Shown piece by piece: positions 28,089 through 36,246 of a stretch of DNA of 49,912 bases. The DNA is from Gemmatimonadales bacterium (lineage in GTDB: Bacteria > Gemmatimonadota > Gemmatimonadetes > Gemmatimonadales > GWC2-71-9), in the NCBI GenBank assembly GCA_038321865.1, contig JBBQFH010000024.1, positions 1 to 49,912 of the forward strand. Reading direction: 5' to 3'. Positions within the stretch are counted from its first letter, which is position 1. Each line of letters starts with the position of its first letter. The notes below the pieces were generated by a model that worked only from the letters and a program-made list of their open reading frames with translations, did not search any database and was not told the DNA's origin. The position numbers and the translations under genes were made by a program.

Positions 28089-30623
28089 ATGAAGTTTGTG
28101 ACGCGATTGCTTGTTGTATCCAGTGCCGCCCTGTCGATGGCCATCGGGGCGTGCTCCGATAGCGGACCGACGTCACCAAGGGCCTATGGTGATCCGGGCT
28201 CGCACTCCTTCGGCGAGAGTGGCCTCGGATCGAGTGTAACATTTCATCCGGGGAACACATCCGACCCTGGCGGCTCGGCAGAGGCGTCGATCGACGCGCT
28301 CCAGCGGGCCACGCAAGGGGTGGCGTTCAAGCTTCGGATCCGCGGCGATGTATTCACGGGCCTGCGTGGCTGGGATTCACGAACGCTTTTCTCCATCGAT
28401 GACGGCAGCTTTGCGGGGCGAAAGGTCGAGCTGGTCGTAGAGCGCGATGACCGTGATCGCGTCCGGCTGGTCGCCAACTGGAGTCACGGAGTGGTAGTTC
28501 AGTCCGAATTCTTCAGCGTTTCAAGCGTGGCGTCGTCCGCCGAGTATGTCATCTATGCTCACTACAACGATGCGGCGAGCCCGCAGCGAGAGCTGGCGTT
28601 GAGCGATTCGACCGGCGGCGAGCTGCAGCGGGCCACCGCGTCGTATGCGGCAGGCGAGTTGGGTGCGTCCGGCGCAAACGGGGCCATTCACGTCGCCAAG
28701 GGTCTCAGCAATTGGTCCGCGAGCGGCACGTTCGATGGCTTGGCGGTTTATGCCTTTGCCGGGGCGCGGATCCTCAGCGGATTGGAGCGATTCCAGGCGC
28801 CGACGACTGCCGACCCCGGGATCGTGAGCCTGATCGGATTCGACGAGGGGGCGGGGTTGAGGGCCGCAAACGCGGTAGCTGGCGCGCCGGCACTCCTCCT
28901 TCAGGACCCGCAATGGTCGCCTGCCGGATCGTGGCGCGGCGGCACCGCAACGCAACCCGTAGGCTCCGGCCTGTCGGGTAGCGGCCTGGCGAGCTTTCAG
29001 CCGGGCAACTCGGCCGGAGTAGGCGCCGTTGCGATGGCGCCGATCGCCCGGCTGGATGCAGCGGCTCAGGGTGTCGTGATCAAGATGCGAATCAGGGGAG
29101 ACATATTCACGCGACTCAACCCCTGGGATAGCAGGACCCTGATGGCGATCTCTGATGGGACCTATTCGGGCAGGAAGGTCGAGCTGATCGTTGAACGGGA
29201 TGATCAGAATCGGGTTCAATTGCGTTCCCGATGGTCCACGCAGGAAATTGCGACACCCCAAACTTCGGTGCAGGCCTTTGATGCGGCGCGATACTATGTC
29301 ATCTATGCGCATTACAATGACTTCGCAACCCCGCAGCGAGAACTGATCATCTTCGACGATGCCGGTGGTGTCGTGGGGCAGCGCGATCAGGACTACACGG
29401 CCGGCCCGCTGACCACTAATGGTGGGAGCAGCGTCGTTTCGATCGCGACTGGGCTCAACACATGGTCCGCCAACGGCACCGTTGACGGTTTCGGCGTGTA
29501 CGTAATGGATGGAAGCATGACGTTGACCGGTTCGGCGCGCTCAGCCGCGCCGACCGCCGGCGATGTGGGGATCGTCAGCTTGGTCACGTTCGATGAAGGT
29601 GGCGGACCAACGGCGGCCAATTCGGTGAGTGGTGCTCCCGCCATGGCGATGGCCTCCGGGACCTGGGCCTCCGGCGGAAGCTGGGGCGTGTCGACACTGC
29701 CAGCGCCCGCTCCGACTGGCTCATCTCCCTCGCCGGTCCAATCGGCACCGCACACGCACGAGCCCTCTTACATGACTCCGCTCATCAGCTATGATGCCGG
29801 CGGGTCACTGCCAGGGCACACGTCGCTGGGTGTGGCCTCGTTCTACAACTTCAACGGATACAACGGCATGGTTACCGACGCCACGGCGCCGACGAGCCCG
29901 GGCGGCGTACTTCGCTTTGTATACCCGGGTGGCGCTGGGCATGATTTCGATCCTGGGCAGACCGCAACCGAGCCCGGAAATCTGTTCATGCCTTTTCACG
30001 AGTCCACCGAGTTTTATGAGTCCGGGTCGTTCCGGGTTGGGGATCTGCCGGACTTTGAGATGCTGGATATCGTCATCTGGAAGCCTCTCGGATTCTTCGG
30101 CAATGGAAATCCTGCGGCGAAAGCGGGGATTCTACAGGCGAATCAGTTATACGCGGCCGCATGGGTGCATCCGGATGCTCAGGGTCGGATTACGGGATTT
30201 CGTCTCGGCTTTGGCAATCAGACGAGCCAGTCGGAAGGCTTGAACTGGTCATACAGCTATGGAAACGATCTCAATGGCTATCCCGCCGGTGGGGCGGCGT
30301 CCGCCGGACTGTCGATCGACCCTCATCCGGAAATACCCGTTGGCCAGTGGATTCAGTATGAAATCTATCTCAAGACCAACGCCATTTATCCTGCCGTGGC
30401 GGATGACGGCGTGCTCAAAATGTGGGCGTCGTGGGGCGGCCACAATTATCTGATTCTCAACCGCAACGACGTGCGATTCCGTACTCAAGCCTTTCCGCTG
30501 GGCTTCTTCAATCGTCAGCTCGCGCCGACTTTTGGGGGCACGAGCGCACATCATGAGCTCCGAAGCCGCTTCGACTATCTGTATTTTGATGATATCTATG
30601 TAAGCGGCAACTCGGCGCCCTAG
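28089..30623 (+). CDS. Secreted lipoprotein (844 aa): two tandem ~250-aa beta-rich domains plus C-terminal lyase/lectin-like domain
   Basis: GGGAG RBS; signal peptide ending AIGA-C; internal duplication; Pro/Ser linker; C-terminal domain paralogous to that of 31175-32701. Function is inferred only. Confidence 0.8.
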   Translation: MKFVTRLLVVSSAALSMAIGACSDSGPTSPRAYGDPGSHSFGESGLGSSVTFHPGNTSDPGGSAEASIDALQRATQGVAFKLRIRGDVFTGLRGWDSRTLFSIDDGSFAGRKVELVVERDDRDRVRLVANWSHGVVVQSEFFSVSSVASSAEYVIYAHYNDAASPQRELALSDSTGGELQRATASYAAGELGASGANGAIHVAKGLSNWSASGTFDGLAVYAFAGARILSGLERFQAPTTADPGIVSLIGFDEGAGLRAANAVAGAPALLLQDPQWSPAGSWRGGTATQPVGSGLSGSGLASFQPGNSAGVGAVAMAPIARLDAAAQGVVIKMRIRGDIFTRLNPWDSRTLMAISDGTYSGRKVELIVERDDQNRVQLRSRWSTQEIATPQTSVQAFDAARYYVIYAHYNDFATPQRELIIFDDAGGVVGQRDQDYTAGPLTTNGGSSVVSIATGLNTWSANGTVDGFGVYVMDGSMTLTGSARSAAPTAGDVGIVSLVTFDEGGGPTAANSVSGAPAMAMASGTWASGGSWGVSTLPAPAPTGSSPSPVQSAPHTHEPSYMTPLISYDAGGSLPGHTSLGVASFYNFNGYNGMVTDATAPTSPGGVLRFVYPGGAGHDFDPGQTATEPGNLFMPFHESTEFYESGSFRVGDLPDFEMLDIVIWKPLGFFGNGNPAAKAGILQANQLYAAAWVHPDAQGRITGFRLGFGNQTSQSEGLNWSYSYGNDLNGYPAGGAASAGLSIDPHPEIPVGQWIQYEIYLKTNAIYPAVADDGVLKMWASWGGHNYLILNRNDVRFRTQAFPLGFFNRQLAPTFGGTSAHHELRSRFDYLYFDDIYVSGNSAP
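28218..29690 (+). repeat. Intragenic tandem domain duplication, period about 750 nt
   Basis: FHPGN..QGVAFKLRIRGDVF..WDSRTL..GRKVELVVERDD..YVIYAHYND..PQREL..GIVSLIGFDEG..GSW recurs as FQPGN..QGVVIKMRIRGDIF..WDSRTL..GRKVELIVERDD..YVIYAHYND..PQREL..GIVSLVTFDEG..GSW. Confidence 0.92.
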
Positions 30624-30678
30624 CGGCTGAATCATGCGATAGCGATCGCCGATCGCTCAGGAATTCCTGTCGCTTTCC

Positions 30679-30724
30679 AAGCGCGTACGCGTCTCTCTCG
30701 GACGCGTGCGCGCTTTGCTATTTG
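30679..30724 (+). terminator. Intrinsic terminator
   Basis: 15-bp stem AAGCGCGTACGCGTC/GACGCGTGCGCGCTT (one G-U pair), followed by TGCTATTTG. Confidence 0.75.
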
Positions 30725-30980
30725 TAGCGGTCGGGGCCAGTTCGAAGCACGGCCGGCGGGCGCCGTAGCACTCTCGCGAAACGCCGCGTCCTTGGCGCTA
30801 GCCAAAAACTGCGTTCAATAAATTGACGAAGTGTGCAAGATTTGGCATATGGCACAGTGTTGTAACTCAATAAGCAATCGATGTTTATCACCCATGCGAC
30901 GATCGGCTTGATGTTGGTTTATTTCTTGCCAGAACGCCGGTACGACGCCTCACCGAGGCATCGTCATATTCGTGGAATAC

Positions 30981-31070
30981 CGCTGCCAAGAGCAAACCGA
31001 CCGAAAGGTTGGGACGCAGAGTTACGGGGCTAACGCGACGGAAGTCGCAATGCCGGCCGGGCCGCCAGCG
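30981..31070 (+). ncRNA. GEMM-I (c-di-GMP-I family) riboswitch aptamer with A20, predicted 3',3'-cGAMP type; copy 2
   Basis: P1 CGCTG/CAGCG; GC-AAA-CC-GACC-GAAA-GGTT-GG-GAC-GC; P3 with TAA/ATG receptor and GCGAC/GTCGC distal stem. Position 20 is A30991. Confidence 0.92.
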
Positions 31071-31116
31071 TGCTCGCGTCTCCTCACCAGGAGCCCGGGC
31101 GCTCGCGGTCCTTTTT
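31059..31116 (+). terminator. Riboswitch expression-platform terminator overlapping the aptamer 3' strand
   Basis: GGGCCGCCAGCG (31059-31070) pairs 11/12 with CGCTCGCGGTCC (31100-31111); inner stem CTCCT/AGGAG; then TTTTT. Confidence 0.7.
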
Positions 31117-31174
31117 CGTGTGCATTCGCAAGCGATGGCCGCAACATGCACCCCCTATGGAGGAGCCTGTAGCC

Positions 31175-32701
31175 ATGACGTACAAGTTCAAGCTTTCCGC
31201 CCGTTTGGCTTTGCTCCGTTCTTCCGCGCCGCTCTGGACTTTGACGGTCCTGGCGTGCACGGGTGGGGATATGGATTCTCTGTCTCCGTATGCCGGTCTC
31301 AATGCTGCCCGTGCCGCGACCGGGGGTGGGACAGGGGGTGGGAACGGGCGCCGAACCCAGCAATTTTCCATCAGCCCGACCGGTGTTTCTGTAGGCTTTG
31401 GGCAAGCGGCCCAGTTCGCCGCCAGCTCGGACAAGGGTGCGAGTATCAAACCTACCGACCTCGGTTGGTCGGCGGAGGGTGGGCGCATCGATTCTCTCGG
31501 GCGTTATATTGCAGGCTCGACGCCCGGCACCTACTCCGTGTGGGCGTCCTACGCCAGCACAGGTGTCGCTGACACTGTAAAGGTGACGGTGATGGATTCG
31601 GCCCTGATCCACCACATCGTTCGGCTGATGCTGGCGCCTACGCCCGTGGTGCTGATGACCGGCGATGCGCGCCAGTTCGTCGCGACGGCGCAATTTGACG
31701 ATAGCGTCGTGCAGCCAGTCTCCGCTTTGTTCACGGCCACGGGGGGCTCGGTGACCTCGGCTGGCCAGTACACGGCCGGCACGACTCCCGGATCCTACGT
31801 CGTGACCGCGAAGACAAAGGACGGATACTCGGCTACCGCCGCCGTGTCGATCACCGCACCTGTGTCGGTCACCTCCCCTATATCGAGTCTGACGACAACA
31901 GCACAACCGTTGCCGGCTGGGAACGAGCCGGCCGGCTACACTCGCTTCGGGGATCTGCGCTTCCCAAGCTCCATTTCGGCCACGAGCTCGGTTGCTTCCC
32001 TCGGGTGTGGTGGAACGGAGCCGGTGGTGGCAGGGTGCTGGTGGCGGTACGGACTGGATGAGGCGATCAAGCAGGATGGTACCGCTCCGATTAGTCCGAA
32101 CGTGTTCGACATCGTGTTTCCGGCGGGACTGCAGCCTGGGTATGGCGACGACCAGTTTGGTGGCTGGGCCGACGCGACCGCACCCAAGCAGTACCGCGAG
32201 GTTTACGAGTCCGGCTGGTTCAAGATTCCATCTGCCGACTTCGAGACGCAGCTGGTCGGCGTCAAGCTCTGGGGCTACTGGGGTGTGGGAGCGGTGACGG
32301 ATAACGCTTCTCAGGTCTACATGGTCATGGGCGGGAACGGGCTGCAAACCTCGGTCATGTCATCGTGGAACATCAATTTTGGATTGCAGGGGACCGCAGA
32401 AACGCGCTGGATGTCCCAAAATCTCAATCTCACTACTAAGATTCGCGCGAACGTGTGGCACCACTACGAGATGGTGATGAAGCTGAATGACACCGGGGTC
32501 AGAAACGGCCGGATGCAGGTGTGGCTGGACGGGGTCCAGGTGCTTTCCTATTCGGACATTCTGTTTCGCGATGCGGCGCATCCGGCGGGGTTCTTCGGGC
32601 GCAAGTGGCATCCGATCTGGGGTGGCCAGGGGGGCACGGCGAAGACTCGCACAGACCACCTGTGGGTCAATCAGGTGTACCTGTCGGGCATCGGCATGTA
32701 A
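31175..32701 (+). CDS. Secreted lipoprotein (508 aa): two Ig-like repeats plus C-terminal polysaccharide-lyase-like domain
   Basis: GGAGG RBS; leader MTYKFKLSARLALLR...VLA-C; repeats ISP..GQAAQFAA..GGRIDSLGRYIAGSTPGTYSV and LAP..GDARQFVA..GGSVTSAGQYTAGTTPGSYVV; WHHYEMVMKLN...NGRMQVWLDG jelly-roll pattern. Confidence 0.82.
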   Translation: MTYKFKLSARLALLRSSAPLWTLTVLACTGGDMDSLSPYAGLNAARAATGGGTGGGNGRRTQQFSISPTGVSVGFGQAAQFAASSDKGASIKPTDLGWSAEGGRIDSLGRYIAGSTPGTYSVWASYASTGVADTVKVTVMDSALIHHIVRLMLAPTPVVLMTGDARQFVATAQFDDSVVQPVSALFTATGGSVTSAGQYTAGTTPGSYVVTAKTKDGYSATAAVSITAPVSVTSPISSLTTTAQPLPAGNEPAGYTRFGDLRFPSSISATSSVASLGCGGTEPVVAGCWWRYGLDEAIKQDGTAPISPNVFDIVFPAGLQPGYGDDQFGGWADATAPKQYREVYESGWFKIPSADFETQLVGVKLWGYWGVGAVTDNASQVYMVMGGNGLQTSVMSSWNINFGLQGTAETRWMSQNLNLTTKIRANVWHHYEMVMKLNDTGVRNGRMQVWLDGVQVLSYSDILFRDAAHPAGFFGRKWHPIWGGQGGTAKTRTDHLWVNQVYLSGIGM

Positions 32702-32728
32702 GTTCGTTGCTCGCTCCCGATCGCGACC

Positions 32729-32762
32729 GTGCCGGGCATGGCGATACTGCTGTGCCCGGCAC
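32729..32762 (+). terminator. Strong hairpin after the second lipoprotein gene (weak terminator or mRNA stabiliser)
   Basis: GTGCCGGGCA/TGCCCGGCAC perfect 10-bp inverted repeat with a wobble extension; no U-tract. Confidence 0.45.
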
Positions 32763-32857
32763 AGTCATTCCCGCGTGGCGACCTCGCCGCACGCGACATC
32801 CACCGGTTGTACGCAGGGGCAAATAGTTCACCTGATGACTCATTCCGGCCTATTTTG

Positions 32858-34114
32858 ATGCCTCGACCGCATCTGCTTTTCCTTTCTCACAGGCTGCCAT
32901 ACCCTCCGCACAACGGGGCGGCAATTCGATCGTTCAACATTCTTCGCCTCCTCGCGCGACACTACCAGGTGACCGCCCTTTGTTTCGATCGATCGGACCG
33001 TGCAACCGCGCATCATTCGCTCGAGGAGCGCATAGCCGCGCTGTCGCACATCGGAGCTTTTCGGGCGTTCCCGATCGAGCAGGAGCGCGATCGGCTGCGA
33101 ATGGTTTGGGACCACGCGAGAAGTCTGGCCGGTGGCCGAGCCTACACTTACTACGTCCACGAGTCGAATCGGTTTACGGCTGCCCTGCGGGAGACGCTGG
33201 AGCGCGTGTCATTCGAGTTGGTGCACGTAGACAGTCTGGATCTTGTGCACCATTTGGATGCGCTGCCCGAGCGCCGGACCATTCTCACTCACCATAATGC
33301 GGAAGCACTGCTGCTGAAGAGGCGGGCCGACGCAGAACGATCATACCTGCGGCGCGCGTACCTTCGGTTACAGGCCGCCAAGCTTGCTGCCGAGGAGCAG
33401 CGGTGGGTGTCGCGAGTTGCGCTCAATCTCGTGGTTTCGCCACAGGATCAGGCCGTTCTTGAGGCCGAGGCGGGGCGGGGCACGTTTGCGGTGGTGCCCA
33501 ATGGTGTAGACACCGATTTTTTCCTCCCGCAGTCGAGCGTCCGTCATGGGATCGTCTTCGTGGGCGGCACGAGCTATTTCCCAAATCTCGACGCCTTGCA
33601 ATGGTTCGAGTCAGCCGTCCTGCCGGAGATTCGGCGCCTCGGCTGTTCTGAGCCGGTGACGTTCGTTGGCCGCGCCACCAAGGCGGAAATTGCGAGATAC
33701 AGCGGGCGCAATGGGCTCGAACTGTCGGGCTACGTCGATGATGTGCGCCCGAGTCTCGACACCGCAGCCTGCTTCATCGCGCCATTGCGGGTGGGCGGAG
33801 GCACTCGCCTCAAGTTGCTGGACGCTTGGGCGATGGGCAAAGCGGTTGTTTCGACGACGATCGGCGCCGAGGGCCTGTCAGCCCGCGAGGGCGAGAATAT
33901 CCTGTTGCGAGATACTGCGACCACATTCGCCAAGGCAGTGGTAGATATTGTGCAATCCCCGGTGCTGCGAATGCACCTCGAGCGGGGGGCCCGGCAGACG
34001 GCTGAGAGCACTTACTCATGGAACGTGATTGAACGAGACATGATCGATCGCTATGAGGCCGTCCGCGGCGCGGCAAACGCGGAGACTGGGGCAGCTGTGG
34101 TGCGGCGGACGTGA
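32858..34114 (+). CDS. GT4 glycosyltransferase (PEP-CTERM-system sugar transferase type)
   Basis: LSHRLPYPPHNG, HHNAE, VPNGVD, PNLDA, APLRVGGGTRLKLLDA, STTIGAEG. Confidence 0.9.
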   Translation: MPRPHLLFLSHRLPYPPHNGAAIRSFNILRLLARHYQVTALCFDRSDRATAHHSLEERIAALSHIGAFRAFPIEQERDRLRMVWDHARSLAGGRAYTYYVHESNRFTAALRETLERVSFELVHVDSLDLVHHLDALPERRTILTHHNAEALLLKRRADAERSYLRRAYLRLQAAKLAAEEQRWVSRVALNLVVSPQDQAVLEAEAGRGTFAVVPNGVDTDFFLPQSSVRHGIVFVGGTSYFPNLDALQWFESAVLPEIRRLGCSEPVTFVGRATKAEIARYSGRNGLELSGYVDDVRPSLDTAACFIAPLRVGGGTRLKLLDAWAMGKAVVSTTIGAEGLSAREGENILLRDTATTFAKAVVDIVQSPVLRMHLERGARQTAESTYSWNVIERDMIDRYEAVRGAANAETGAAVVRRT

Positions 34115-35019
34115 GTCGACCCAAGCAGATCGCGGAGCTCGCACTGGCGCTCGCATCGCGGTCGCAGCTGCTCGGCGGCCGCAGCCGTGGCCGGACGCTG
34201 GTACTCGCTTATCACAATATCATCGCGGACGGCAGGTCACCGGACGGTGATCAGTCACTTCATCTTCCCATCTCAGTTTTCCGCGCCCATCTGGACGTCA
34301 TCCAGTCCACCGCGAGCGTCATAGCTATCAGCGATTTGTTCAAGACTTCAATAGGCTCGGAGAGGCCGCGGGTTGCGATAACGTTCGACGACGCGTACCG
34401 GGGAGCAGTAACCCTCGGCCTGGCTGAGATACGAGCGCGGCGATTGTGCGCCACGATGTTTATCGCGCCTGCGTTTGTTCCCGATGGGCGCTTTTGGTGG
34501 GACGACAGCTGTCGTGTGGGGCAAAATGCGCTGAGTGCTGACATCCGCGACCGGGCGCTCCACGAATTCCGCGGCCGCGACGCCGAGGTCCGGGCCGCCG
34601 CTCTCGTTGATTCGCGGAGCCTGCCGCCCGCGCCTGAGCAGAGCGTTTGCGCTTCCGTGGCTGACCTTGAGGGCGCGGTCGCGGAGGGGATCTCGTATGG
34701 CTCGCACACCTGGTCCCACCCCAATCTGGCAGCCCTCGCGGATGAAGACCTCATTGGAGAGCTCGCCCCGCCATTAGCTTGGTTGCACGAGCGCTTTCCC
34801 AGCTCGGCGTGTCCCTGGTTGTCCTACCCGTACGGGCTGTTCTCAGCAGCAGCCAAGCAGCAGGCAGCGCGCTTGGGCTATGCTGGGGCCTTTCGCGTGG
34901 ACGGGGGTTGGCTCCGACAGCCGCCCGGCGATTTGTTTGAGTTGCCGAGGCTCAACGTGCCAGCGGGCCTATCCGCCAATGGACTTGCCGCGCGCCTGGC
35001 CAGGTTGCTCCCATCGTGA
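34111..35019 (+). CDS. Polysaccharide deacetylase (CE4)
   Basis: LAYH, ITFDDAY, GSHTWSHPNL, SYPYG, LPR. GTGA overlap. Confidence 0.9.
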   Translation: MSRPKQIAELALALASRSQLLGGRSRGRTLVLAYHNIIADGRSPDGDQSLHLPISVFRAHLDVIQSTASVIAISDLFKTSIGSERPRVAITFDDAYRGAVTLGLAEIRARRLCATMFIAPAFVPDGRFWWDDSCRVGQNALSADIRDRALHEFRGRDAEVRAAALVDSRSLPPAPEQSVCASVADLEGAVAEGISYGSHTWSHPNLAALADEDLIGELAPPLAWLHERFPSSACPWLSYPYGLFSAAAKQQAARLGYAGAFRVDGGWLRQPPGDLFELPRLNVPAGLSANGLAARLARLLPS

Positions 35020-36197
35020 ACCGGAGTGTCTTGGTTACTGATGGAGAGCAGCGTGCTGCGCTGGCCGTGGTACGATCGCTAGGCGGCGCTGGGTGCACTG
35101 TTCACGTATGCTCAGAGCGCGGCCGCAGTCTGGCCGGGGCATCCAGGTTTTGCCAGACGGATTCAGTGGCCCCGAATCCGCTCACGGACCCTACCGGTTT
35201 TGCACGCGCGGTCGGCGTGCTTGTGCGGGAGCTAAAGGCCGATGTGCTCGTCCCGATTTCCGAGCCCGCGCTCCTTGCTGTTGTGGAGACCGCCGAACAA
35301 TTTCCCGGCACGTTGATCGTCGCTCCCCGACTGCACGCCTTCGAGGAAATCTGTAACAAGGCGTTGGTGCTCGACCGGGCTGCGGAGTGCGGAATCGCGG
35401 TTCCACGCCAGGTTGCGCTTGCCGATCCCCATGACCCTGCGGCATCGGCTGTCGTATTTCCTGTGGCGCTGAAGCCTAGTCGATCGATCGGAGAGCGCCG
35501 CGGACAACGCGTCAAAACCTCAGTTCGATACGCATCGGATCGGGTGGAGTTGGACTCCGTGCTTGCTGAGTTCGATGCCGCTGCATTCCCGGTACTAGCG
35601 CAGCAACGGATCGTCGGCCCCGGCATCGGTGTGTTTCTGCTTCGGTGGGAAGGGCGCATTCTTGCGCAGTTTGCCCATCGCCGCCTACGTGAGAAGCCAC
35701 CGTCAGGCGGTGTGAGCGTCTACCGGGAGAGCATTGCTCTCGATCCTGAGCTCTTCGATCGCTCATGTCGGCTGCTCGAGTCGTTCGACTGGTCCGGCGT
35801 CGCGATGGTGGAATACAAGATTCAGGCGGAAACGGGTGTGCCGTATCTCATGGAAATCAACGGTCGCTTCTGGGGCTCGCTGCAGCTCGCCGTCGATTCC
35901 GGAGTGGATTTTCCGGTGTTACTGTTGGCGGCGGCGTCCGGCAAGCCGAGGCCGGCGGTGCATCGGTGGAAAGTGGGTGTGAGAAGCCGGTGGTGGTGGG
36001 GCGACGTCGATCAGCTGCTCACCCGACTGCGTCGGTCGCGGGCGGATCTAAACCTTCCTCCGGAGGAGCCCGGGCGGTTTCGTGCATTGCTTGCGTTTCT
36101 TCGCGTGTGGTGGCCTGGAGACCGGAATGAAGTCCTGAAATTTGGGGACGCTGGGCCTTTTGCTCGGGAGTCGATTGACTGGTTTCGCCGCCGATGA
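35016..36197 (+). CDS. ATP-grasp domain protein (carboxylate-amine ligase-like)
   Basis: FPVALKP, QQRIVGPG, HRRLREKPPSGGVS, MVEYK, LMEINGRFWGSL. GTGA overlap. Confidence 0.9.
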   Translation: MNRSVLVTDGEQRAALAVVRSLGGAGCTVHVCSERGRSLAGASRFCQTDSVAPNPLTDPTGFARAVGVLVRELKADVLVPISEPALLAVVETAEQFPGTLIVAPRLHAFEEICNKALVLDRAAECGIAVPRQVALADPHDPAASAVVFPVALKPSRSIGERRGQRVKTSVRYASDRVELDSVLAEFDAAAFPVLAQQRIVGPGIGVFLLRWEGRILAQFAHRRLREKPPSGGVSVYRESIALDPELFDRSCRLLESFDWSGVAMVEYKIQAETGVPYLMEINGRFWGSLQLAVDSGVDFPVLLLAAASGKPRPAVHRWKVGVRSRWWWGDVDQLLTRLRRSRADLNLPPEEPGRFRALLAFLRVWWPGDRNEVLKFGDAGPFARESIDWFRRR

Positions 36198-36246
36198 TAG
36201 CCGATCGTCATCCTTGGCACCGGAATGTTTGTCTCAAGGCGCGCCC

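Noticed and set aside
30850..30865. TGGCAC-AGTG-TTGTA as a sigma-54 promoter
   Set aside because: Spacing is one nt short and the -12 GC is missing; sigma-54 spacing is strict.
27879..31174. N-terminal ORF extensions 27879-28088 and 31070-31174
   Set aside because: They run through the riboswitch leaders. The downstream ATGs have SD sites and begin signal peptides.
27895..32711. AAGTTCGTCGCT (27895-27906) and AAGTTCGTTGCT (32700-32711) as a target-site duplication around the riboswitch-lipoprotein pair
   Set aside because: Only 11/12 nt, overlaps the aptamer P1 and a stop codon, and no recombinase is present; cannot be distinguished from chance.
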